A stretch of DNA of 64,000 bases, taken from the NCBI GenBank assembly GCA_905178155.1, contig CAJINV010000002.1:1609216-1673215 (forward strand), given 5' to 3'. Positions 39,301-51,300 of the stretch are shown here, in pieces; the first letter of the stretch is position 1, and each line of letters begins with the position of its first letter. This stretch comes from Amoebophrya sp. A120. Its lineage: Eukaryota; Protista; Dinoflagellata. The translations under genes and the position numbers were made by a program. The notes below the pieces were generated by a model. It had not been told where the DNA came from. It worked only from the letters and a program-made list of their open reading frames with translations, and made no database searches.

Positions 39301-42300
39301 TCGAGTTGCCAGTGTCTGCTGGAAGACCCGCTGCCGGGATTCTGGTTTTTCGAAGTGGTTCGCAACGTGTCCGAACTACTGGTATGCATTGCAAATTATA
39401 TCGATCTGGGTCTGGAAGAATGAAGCCTGTCATGCGAAATCTGGATCACGAGAAAATCTGTGTTGCATGAACGCCAACAGTTACCCAATTCTCGCTAGGC
39501 GAAACTCGAACTTCTCATGCGGAAGAGGCATGAGGATGAGGAAGGTCTCAAAAATCTGTGATGCTTCTGTCTGCATTACAGACCATGAGTGTGGTCCGCG
39601 AGATGCATGACAAATCTTGCAATTTTTCAGACCCTGACATATTTGCATTCCATAACTGGAGGACCGGTACAACATGCGCGCGTCGTCGCAGAGCCACTCG
39701 TACTCCGGATTGTAGGGATCGTTTGTCACCGGATAAAAGTACATCTCCTTGCGTGTCCTGAGTAAAAGCGACCCCATACCAGAGTCAAGATGGGAAATCT
39801 GCTAGACAAATCAGCCAACTTTGGTTGTTTCGCATGAGAAGTTTTTTCCTAGTTGTAGTGTGATCCTGTTTAGCTAGTTCAGCAGCATCACAGATCTAGC
39901 ATATCATGCTATTTCTAGCATCGCAAATCCCAAAACACGACTAGAAAAAGCTCTTCACGGGGCTTCGCACCATGAGAAACTTTTTTGGCATGCAGATTTG
40001 CATGACAACACTGGGGTGGGGATGTTTTTACTCAGAATATTGCGGAAATGGTACAAGTTTTTCCACTCCATCGCGTAGGTGTGTCCGTCGCCCCCGGACT
40101 CGTATGAGAGTGCACAACCCCCCCTCTCCCTCATTTGTATAGCATGGACAGCAATGCAAACACCAGCACACGTGGAGGTTCCACATGACAAATTTGCGTA
40201 CCTAATGTAGTACTGTTTGGGCTCCCAAAATTTGTCATGCATAATAGTGATACAAGGGAACAACTGGAATTGTGGATTTATTTGCATGAGAAATGAGAAC
40301 GAGGGGGGGTTGTGCACTTTCATAACTCGTTCCACTTGTGGACGAGGTTGTCGCTTCTCAAGTGTTATCAAATGCAAAAGTGTCTGGGTCTGGAAACTTG
40401 TGATGGTGATTGGACAAAGAGGAGCACGCCTCAATTGGCTGCCAAGCATGACAGGTTTTGGAGATGCTGCGGCGTTGTCTATTCTGCGTGACAAACTGGG
40501 CTTCTGCATGACACCAAAGTGGCGCTTTTGGGTGATCTGCATGACAAAAGTGAGAATCATGCTAGCAGAGCATGACAAACTTGCATTCTTCCAGACCCAG
40601 ATCGATATTTGCAATGCATACGTGTAACACATTCACTGCGGGGGTGATTTTTCCGTCCTCGCTTGAGTATGGACTGCCCGGGTTGCTGTCCTATGGATTG
40701 CAAATATGTCTGGGTCTGGAAGAATGCAAGTTTGTCATGCAGAATTTGCATGCCCCATAAGGTCTGGAATGCAGGGCCTAGCATGACAGATTCTGCGAGG
40801 TCTCTATCATGCCTGTCCTGCATGAGAAATTCCCTCTCATGGTGGTCAGAAAAGGGCGTCTTTTGTTGATCACGCAAGACAGATTTTTGTGTGATCCACA
40901 GGACGCATCACAAGTTCCATCCTTCCAGACGTCCAGGGATTTTTACATTTGATATGTCCATATCACACTTGATATAGTGGCTCGTGGTCGTTGTGGTGGT
41001 CGTCGGTTCTGGCGTGGTTGTTGGTTCTGGCGTCGTGGTATCCTTTGTAAAAACGTCCCCACACCATAGTCAAGATGGGAAGTCTGCAACACAAATCCCC
41101 AAGTTTTGGGGGTTCTGCAAGACAAGTTTCCATCTGCAGTGTAGTACTGGCTGGCAAGGAAAGCCGCATGACAAAGCCATTTTCTCGTCCTGGTTACAGC
41201 ATTACAAATTCCAAAACACGACTGGAAATGCCTCTCATGGAAGTGCGCATTAGAAATCTTCCTGTCATTGCACATTTGCATGACAACTCTGGGGTGGGGA
41301 TACTTTTACACAGGATACGTGGTCGTCGGTTCTGGGGTGGTAGTTGGTGGTTGAGTCGTCGGCATCGGCGCTTGAGTCGTCGGCATCGGCGCTTGAGTCG
41401 TCGGTACCGCCGCTTGTGTCGTCGGCACTGCCGCTTGAGTCGTCGGCATCGGCGCTTGAGTCGTCGGTACCGCCGCTTGTGTCGTCGGCACTGCCGCTTG
41501 AGTCGTCGGCATCGGCGCTTGAGTCGTCGGTACCGCCGCTTGTGTCGTCGGCACTGCCGCTTGTGTCGTTGGCATCGCCGCCTGAGTTGTTGCAGTCGGC
41601 TCCTGGGTAGTTGTAGTAGTTGTTGTGGTGACAGTACTGGTGCTCGTCGTGGTACTCGTCTGAGTTGACGTGCTGTATCCTGAGTAAAAACGTACCCACA
41701 CCATAGTCAAGATGGGGAATCGGCTAGACAAGTCCACAAGTTTTGGCTGTTTTGCATGACAAACTTGCATTCGTAGTGTAGTGCGGTTTGAGCTAGCTCA
41801 GCAGCATCACAGATCTAGCATACCATGCTGATTGGAGCATGACAAATTGCAAAACACGGCTAGAAAATGCTTCTCATGGGGCTCCGCATGAGAAACATTC
41901 TCAGCATGCAGATTTGCATTACAACTCTGGTGTGGGTACGTTTTTACTCAGGATAAATCTCGTCCTGTACAAACTGGTTTTTCTGCCCCGTATTCTTATA
42001 TCAAATGTAAAAATGTCTGGGTCTGGAAGAATGTAACTTGTGATGCTGCATTTGGATTCCAAAAAAATCTGTATTGCATGAGTGGCAAAAGGCGTCCAGT
42101 TTGTGCTACACGGGGAGAGCATTTCTCATGCAGAATAAGCATCAGAAGGCCTTCTAAAAATCTGGGATGCTAGGGCATGCACTACAGACATCATGGGTCA
42201 TGCAAAATATGCATGACAAACCTGGCGATCTTCCAGACCCAGACATTTTTACATTTGATATCTTGAACCGCAGCGCAATCTGCGGATTCGTGTCCCCCGG

Positions 42301-45300
42301 CATTCTTCCGATTTTGAGCGCGAACTCGATCTTTTTGCCGCCCGCGTGGAGGTGTTTCAAGTAGTAGGGGTGGGGCTGGGAGGACGCGGGCTGCAAGAAC
42401 CTCCGAGGATCAACATGATCTCGCTTGTTATTATTTTCCGGAGAATTTTTATTCACAAAACTTCGTGCCGCCAACAAATTCCGGAGCGCGGGGCTGCACC
42501 GCGGATGGGTTTTCCCGGGCAATTCCGTGTTTCCGCACGCGTTCCGAGCAGTGTCGGTGTTTAATAAAATGTACCACTTCTTCTCCACATTCCCGTCGCA
42601 CGGTGGCCCACCGAGGTCCTCGCTATTTCCCCCTGGGTAATCATTCGAGTTCGGCCCGCCGTCGTTCGGGTTGAATTTGAGGTAGTGCTCCGATTGTGCA
42701 TGTCGAATACACACAAACACTTTGCTCAAGCACCCCGCAGACCCATCGTGATGCCCGTGAAAATTGATCTCCCACCAATCGCTCGGCCACGTACCAAGCT
42801 GCCCCGCGTCGGGCGGATTCTGGGGGTTTGCCAACGCGATTTTCGGCGGCCCGGCGGCCGAGGGCGAGACCAGCATGCGAGATTCGATTTTCGTCTTAAT
42901 CGCGTAGGTTTTCTATTGTGAGGAAAAATGAATCCCCCCTCCCCATATCGAAAAGGTACGTAGCAGAAAAATTGCAATGCTGATTTGCGACCACAAACCA
43001 TGTCTGTCTTGCAAGAAGGCAACTCCACAGACTCCGCCGCTTTATGCAGGCGATTGGTGATGCTGTTGGGCCTACAGCGTGGATGTTTTTCGTGCTAAGT
43101 GCCTAGGCCAAAGCCTCGCTACTCACACTTCGTATGGGCCTGCAGTCCTCTCCAGCAAGACAAATCTGATTTGTGTACGCAAATCCAGCATGACAAACTT
43201 CGTTTTGATATGGGGTGGAGGGATTTTTCATTTTGATATTTTCGCCCTGCTGTTCACGGGGTGTAAAGAGAACAACCCCTCATCCGGATCGGTTAGAGAT
43301 GACTGCAATTTCAACCGCGCTTCCGTTTTGCTGAAAGTCAACTGCCGATTGGTATCCGCGTGCCAAATCTGCACGTACTTCATGTTCGCGTCGGAAGTCG
43401 ACGTTTCTTCGCAGGTTAAAGCCTCCGCGCTCGGTGTCGTTTCCGGGGAATTGTTATTGTTGCCCGGGTTTGGATTGTTATTCGGATACACCACATTCTT
43501 CTGCCAAATCGCGACAGTCACGCTCGTCCCCGACAGTGCTGTGTTCTCCACGAGCGTATCACAATTTGTGAAAATCTCGCAGCCGTTGTCGCTGTAGTGC
43601 GCCAAGAACTTACAGCCGTCGTTTATAACCCGCTCAGGAGTTACAATCTCACACGTTACAATAGATGAATCTAGATTTTGCATTGCATGACGCGCATGAC
43701 AGACTCGCAGAGCGTTCCACTTTCTGCAATACAAATTTCGGGCGATTCTAGTGCGGTTTGGAACTCGAGAACTTGTCATGCGCAATCCTGTGGGAGTAAG
43801 CAAAGCTAGATCATGCACTCTTGCATTACAGATTTCCGCCAGATTCTATTGTAACGTTTGAGATTGTAACGTTTGAGCAAGTCATATCGTTCTTGTTGCA
43901 CTCGGACTCACATTTTTGACGGACCCCAAACCCGGCTGGGCAAGCGTCCGCTTGGCACGCGGATTGGAGGGGGATGCGGTACTGGAGGTCGTATCCTCTG
44001 CAAAAGTATCGCACTCGTAGTATTTATGGCAGTTATATTTATGCAGGACAAATCTCTTTTTATACCCAAAACAGCATGGCAAATTCCCTTTGTCAGGCGG
44101 AGCTAATTTGTATTGCAGTTTTAGTACGATACTTTTGCAATGCATATGTCGCAATGTTTCTTCGTTTCCGTCGGTTGGAAGTGGCTGTAGGTGAGTTGCG
44201 GCGGCGTCGGGTTCGAATTGCCGTTATACGTGACTTCCTTCTGGTACAGAAAAATGTCGTATTGTCCACCAGCGGCATTTTGGTCGTGCTGCAACGGCGT
44301 GGGGCACTCCCGGAAGATCGCACAACTATCCAAGAAAAAAACTGTGCTAGTGTAGTTGTCATGGAGTTAGAGCATCACAAATTTGTTCTGTATGACAGAG
44401 AAATCATGTCATGCGCGGCTAGCATGTGAAAAACAGGTACGAAAGCAGAACATCATGGCTGGCCAGCATGACAAGTGTTATAAACTATGTTGCGAAACAT
44501 GCACGACATGCACCGAAAGTCGCTGAATTTTTGTCGTTCCAAAACGCGCAAAATGGTGCAAAAATCGATGCAAAAAGGACAAAACGATGGCAAAAGCCAC
44601 AAAAAACGCTCCAAATTGGGGAAAATGCGACGAGAAAAAGTCCGCGAATATTCGCCGAGATTTCGCAAATTGTCGCGGCTCGGGCTCGCGTTTTTGTACA
44701 TCAAATGGGACAAAATGCGCGCAAATTAGGTCAATAGCATGCGAAATCGTGCAAAATGACGCCGAAAACGCATCAAATTAGGCAAAAACGCAACAAATGC
44801 AGCCAGTAGTACAGCAAACGGGCAAAAGTGGCACTGTTTTGGCTTAGTACAATAACAAAAGCAGCAAAATGGCCGCAAAAGCGAAACAAAAAGCACGAAA
44901 ACGCGCAAAGTTTGCCTTTTTTTGGTGCAAATGGATGAAAATGCGCGCAAATTGCGTCAATAGTTTGCGAAACGGTGCAAAATGACCCCGAAAGCGGACT
45001 TCTTTGCTTCAAAACGCGCAAAATGGTGCAAAAATCAGATCAAAAACATCAAAACGATGGCAAAAACCACAAAAAACGCTGCAAATCATAGAGAACACGA
45101 CGAAAAAAGTTCCGCGGATATTCGCCGGGCTTTTTAAATAAGGCCGGGCCTGGTGCTGGCGTATCCAGAACCGTAGCCAAAGCTTCTGGCGCGAAATCAC
45201 GCCCGCGAAAAATCTTCAGGCGCACCATGTTGCTGCACTTGTCCTGCCTTTCATCATTAAGCGGCGAAAAACAAGGGAAGCCGGCGCGGCTGATAATCAA

Positions 45301-48300
45301 ACGAGCCAAAAGCGCAAGGGTCTCGCCAAGTCTATTAGCAAGCGACGAAGGGGCAGAAAAAACGCCCAAACAGCGCAAAAAGCAGCGGAATGCGCTTGCA
45401 TTGCGATCCAAACTACACCGGTGCCCCATGTTGGAGCGGTAGCGAAACAGCTGGCCAACACGCGCCCGCTAGGCCTAATAAAGGCGCAAGCGTGACGAAA
45501 TGGGGCGCAGTCCATCGCCCGCGCGCGAAGAAGGCGGCAAGCGAGTGCGCGGGTTGTAGCGCTCAAGCCTTTCTCCTTTGTCTCTCGACGTCATTGGCTA
45601 AACCGGCGCAGACCTTACTTCGGGCATGGCACTGACGTGCCCGGGGCCGATCGAAACCGAAGCAGCTGGCGCGAAATCACGCGAGAAACCCTGGCCGCAC
45701 TATTTTGGAGACTTTTCCGGCCTTTCGTAATTGGGCGCCACCATTTCGATTCTTTTGCGCCTCGTCTTCGGCTCGACCGACTACGACATGACAAGGCAAC
45801 TTCTTTCCCGCGGGGCGGCGCGGCATGCAGCTCAGGGCTACCAAATATAGCCGCCGAGGCGGGGGTAGTGAGGTCGCGCGGGTTTTTTCTAACAGACTGG
45901 ACGACGCCGGGTCTTTTTGCTCTTTTCAGAGGAGAAACGCTTTCCCACACGCTATGGCCCCACAAGGGCCTCCACCAGGGTCGGCCCTCTGGGCCCCCGA
46001 AATCGGGCCCATAGCATGCGGGCTGGCCTGCTGCTTTTGGCGGGGTTTGCGTCCTTTGGTTTTTTTTGTGGAAAAGCCAAGCCCCCGCCGCCCCCTGAAT
46101 CGAAACGCTTTCCCGCGTGCTATAGCCACGCAAGGGCCCCTACCAAGCCCGGCCCCCTGGGCGCCCCAAATCGGGCCCATAGCATGCGAATTGGCTTGAA
46201 GATTTTGGCGAGCTTTCCGCTTTTGTTTGTTTTTTTTGTTGAAAAGTCGCGCGCCTTGGATTGCTCCCCACATTACAAGTGCTCGACCTTGTTAGCCGTC
46301 TTTGCGACCTCGAAAAATGGCCAAAAATGGTGCACATAGCACGCGGATCCGAAGCTTTTGCCATCTTCGCACTTTTTCGGCGCCCCTTATTGGGCGCCCC
46401 AAATCGGCGGAATTAGGTGCGCCAGGCGCCTCAGAATAGCGCCCCTTTTGCTGGCTCCTCTGCGTCGTTTTTTAGATCGGCGACCGATGGAATCCGCCGG
46501 GCGGCGATTCGGTGCCAGGTCAGCCAGAGCCGACCGACAGACGGAAACTCTTTATGTTCAAAGCCGCTTTCTGCCGATTGAAAGCCTGCGTTCGTTTTTC
46601 GCGGTATATGACCAGCCCCCGTTCGTTTTTCGCAGAGCCGTTTGGTGACTTCACTACATACGAACCACCCAGCGAAAAGACGCAGCGGCCAGGCGAGCGA
46701 GGGCGCGGAAACTCGGCGCCCTCTAGTCTACCACTGGCGCCCGGCCCGCTCGCCTATGGCCAGGCAAATTCCCGCGGGGCGGCGCGACATGCAACTCAGA
46801 AACACGAACCAACCAACGCAACGACACAGCGGCCAGACCAGGGCACGGAGACTCGGCGCCCCCTACCACTGGCGCCCGGCCCGCTCGCCCAGGGCCAGAC
46901 GAATTCCCGCGGGGCGGCGCGAAATGCAACGCAGAGCAGCGCGCCAACCACGGCAAAGGTCAACCAGATCGACCGCCAAGGGGCCCGGATTTTGAAAATT
47001 ACCAAGGCGGCGAAACGCGGCCACAAAAGATCCCGAGCCGAGTCATGGGTCGCGAAAGCCCACACACAGGGGAGAAACACAACCGAGGGCGAAAAATGGG
47101 AGCCCCGAAAGGGAGAAGAACAAGCCGGGCGGCTCATCCAGATAAGAACTGCGACCCATCGCGCCAAACGCGCCGGCTCTGGGCGGTGGGTCACGGGCTG
47201 GATCACGCGAAGCGACAGCACCACCCTCCGGGTTTTTTGCGTCGTTTCCCTGCGTTTCGTACGTGCATCAGGTGCAAAAAAGTTGCAGCTGATCTTTCAA
47301 AGGTCTGCCGAAATTACGAAAAAAATAAAAACGGCAGAAAGCCGGACCATAGGGCTTCGATTTTCCTCATGTTTTTCCAGCGACAGTTTTTTTAGAATTT
47401 CTTGAAACTTTTTCAAAATTCTTGTCGTAATCCATGCAGTTTTTTGTCGTAAAAGTACCCGGCTCCGCGTTTCAAATCCCGGAAGAAAAGCCGGTCGGCC
47501 GGCGGCCGGCAACAGCTAACCCCACAGCGGTCGCGGAAGAATCCCACAGGATAAGAAACGCAGGACACCGCAGGGCCCGGCATACCCCAAACAAAACGCG
47601 GACCATCCCAAAGGCCCTCCCACCACGCCCAAAGGCACGCCCGGAAACCAAGCAGGACGATAGGCAGCGCGGAAAATGCAGAAACTCCCACCATCCGCGC
47701 CAAATTTTTTTTCGCAGCGCAAGTCCTCTGCGGGATTTTTTAAAGTCACGCCCTGAATTTTTATAATTTACCGCGACTGGGGCCCGATCTGGTTGGCAAA
47801 GGCGCAGCGACCAGGCAAGGGCGCGGAGGCTCGGCGCCCTCTACCACGGGCGTCCGGCCCGCTCGCCCAGGGCCACGCAAATTCCCGCGGGGCGGCGCGA
47901 AATGAAACTCAGAGCAACACAACTACGCAGCGGCCGCGGCACGGGCACAAGGAAGATTGATAGAGCCGGCTGCGGCGGCCACTTTGCCTGCTATTTGTCA
48001 CGGTCTGGGAGCGCAGGCGCCGGGAGGGCCGTCGCCGTCCCCAGGGCGCCGGCCTCTGGCCGCTTCCCTGTCTTTCTTTTGCCAACCGCCCCGGCAGGCG
48101 TTCGCGTTTTATTTGAATCGATTCCGGGGAGCGCTGCGCGTTTCATTTTCGGGACCCTTTCACGCAAATCGAGACAGTTTCACTCGCTCGGGCCGTGCTC
48201 TTTCGCTCCCTCTGCGGGAGTAACCGTGTTGCATGCCTCGCATTACAGACTTACACTTACACAGTTTCTTTCTTGAATAGCATCCGTCGTTGGAGTAGTA

Positions 48301-51300
48301 CGCCATGTACTTGCACTCGCTGAGCTTGTTACACTCCGATTCGCACGCCTCCCGGGGGTATCAAATGTAAAAATGTCTGGGTCTGGAAGAGCACAACTTT
48401 GTGATGCACATTTTCCATGATCCATGATGTCTGTGATGTATGCCATAGCATCACGGGTTTTTTGAGCGCTTATCTATGCGCATCCAGCATGACAAATGCC
48501 CTCTCCGCGTAGCCAATATATTGAATCCTCTTGCTTGTCATGCAATACAGGTTTTTTTAGCATCCAAATGCAGCGTCACAAGTTTGGCTCTTCCAGACCC
48601 AGACATTTTTGCATTTGGTAGCGGGCCCCAACCGGAACCGCAGGTCACGTCCTTGCAGACGGAGGTCAGGGGGATCCGGAGTGGGTCCTCGCAAATCCTT
48701 ATGCGTTGCAAATACGTCTGCGTCTGGGAGGAAGCAGCTTTTTGTCATGCTGCTTTTATTCCGTGACCCAGAAGGTTTGTCATGCATGATGTAGCATTAC
48801 AGGTTTTATTGAAAAGGTGGGTCGATAGCTAATCCGCATGACAAATCCACTAAAATTTCGGCGACACAAATGGGCAGCTTCTGCGGTTTGCGCATGGTGA
48901 GTTTTTGTGTGTTGTGAAATGCGCATCACAAGTTCCACCTTTCCAGACACAGACATATTTGCACTGGATAGCCTTGTCCTTATCCGCCGTCATGTACGCG
49001 TTGTAGACAACCCGAACCGGGCCCGGCGGCGGAGGGGATCCACCACCCCCGCCGCCACTATTTCCGGATAAAGGCTGGATGTAGGTGTCCTCTTGTTCAA
49101 AATATGAACTGCAAATATGTCTGGATCTGGAAGTAGAATGCAAGTTTGTCATGCATGTCTGGCATGTTGACTCATAAATCTAAATCTATAATGCGTGAGC
49201 AGGAAAAGGGCCTCTTGCCTGTCATGCAAAAACGCAGTTTGCCATGCGGAAAACGAAACACAGTAGCAGCTGAAAAATTTGTCGTGCTTGGCTGCGTATT
49301 GCAGTCCGCCCACCAGTCACATTTTAGCATCACAAGTTTCCAGACCCAGACATTTTTGCAGTGCATACAAAATCTTTCGCACACTTGTTCAACAGCAAAG
49401 CGGTGATGTCCAATTGCTTCAGCCCGAACTGGTTCCGGTCGATCAAGTAGTCGCATCTCGCTTTGTATCAAGTGCAAAAGTGTCTGGGTCTGGAAGGTTG
49501 CCAGGTTTGTCATGCATATTTTGTCATTGACCCAGGGTGTCTGTAATGCATGATCTAGCATCTTCACAGACGTTGAGAGGCCCTCCTGATGCCTATTCCG
49601 CACGACAAATGCCCTCCCCGCGTAGCACAAACTGGACTCCTCGTCTTGCTGGTGATGCAATGCAGATTTTTTTACAGTCCAGACTTGGCATCACAAGTTC
49701 CAACCTTCCAGACCCAGACATTTTTGCAATCCATACTTTGTCCGTCTGCATCGAGTCGACGAACTTTTGATTCACCGGAATCTGTTCCGGGTTCGACCCG
49801 TATCAAAAGGAAAAATCCCCCCTCCCCATATCAAAACGGAAATCTGTGATGCAGATTTGTTGTCACAAATCAGCTTTGTCATGCTACACGGGAAAAGACG
49901 CGGACTGTAGTGGCGTGGGGAAGCCTTGCATCTTCAGCATGATAGGAGGCAGCTGAGAGTGGGAAACAGCCTGACAAATTGCGTGCAAAGGAGGCCACGA
50001 CTGCGGCTCTTGGCCTTCTAGCATGACAAGTCGATTTGTGACCTCAAATACAGCATCACAAATTTCGTTTTCGATATGGGGAGGGGGGATTTCTCCTTTC
50101 GATAACCCGACCGGAAACTTCTTCCCCGTAGCGGTCGAATCGGTTAACGGTAACAGCATCGGCATATTGTTCTTATCCAAACTTTGCACATTCCCCGGGG
50201 ATATGGATTGTAAAAATGAATGGAAGGTCTGTCATGCTCTGCCAGAATGACCCCAAAGTCTGTCATGCACGTTACCCAAGAGCCTCGTTTTTTTGTCATG
50301 CAGAAACGCAGTTTGTCATGCAGACTAGGCCACACCTCGAAGCTCAGAAACTTGTCATGCTGAGCCAGCACTTGTGGCCGCCTCATGATACGCCAACCAG
50401 CATCACAAGTTTCCAGACATCCAGGGATTTTTACATTTGATAGGGGAGAGAGAATTGGAACTGACATCCTCGTCCAACACCTCGTATGCATTGCAAAAGC
50501 GTCTGGGTCTGGAAGGATGCAACTTGTCATGCTAAGTCTGGATAGTGCAAAACTTTGTGTTGCATGATTACCAAAAGGTGTCCACGTTTGAACATGTTTA
50601 GCGGCAGTTTGTCATGCAGGATAGACATGATAGAGGCTTCACAGAACCTGTCATGCTAGGTCCTGCATCGCAGACCTCATGGGGCATTGAAAATATGCAT
50701 GACAAGTTTGCATTTTTCCGGACCCAGAGATATTTGAATTTGATACCTCGATACAGATTTTCGGGCTAGCACCGGTATCACTAAGGTATTTCCCGTATGC
50801 ATTGCAAAAGCATCGTACTAGTATAAATTGCATTACAAATTTTTCCAAAAGGAAAAAAGGAATTTGCAATGCTGATCCAGCTAAAAAGGGAGATTTGTAA
50901 TGCATGACCGCAATTACTACGAGTACGATACTTTTGCACAGGATATTCCGTCATCCGTCGGTTCTTGGAGTTGTTGGGTGGAATCTAGGTAATATCCCGT
51001 GTAAAAACGTCCCCACCCCAGAGTCAAGATGGGGATTTTGCAACACAAACCTAGACCTTTTGGGAGTCACGCATGACATGTTGCAGGCTGTACTGTAGTG
51101 CAGTTTAGCAAGGGAAGCAGCATAAGAAATCCGTCTCCTTATCCTGTTTACAGCATTACAAGTTCTAAAACACGATGGGCAATGCCTCTCATGGGGATGC
51201 GCATTACAAATGCTCTTGTGCTTGCAAATCTGCATGACAACTCTGGGGTGGGGATGTTTTTACATAGGATAGGTACAGTTCGAGATTCACAGCCAACCGA

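Noticed and set aside
46512-47405. 297-aa ORF in the nested element as mobilising enzyme
   Set aside because: Built from the internal repeats, no catalytic motif recognised
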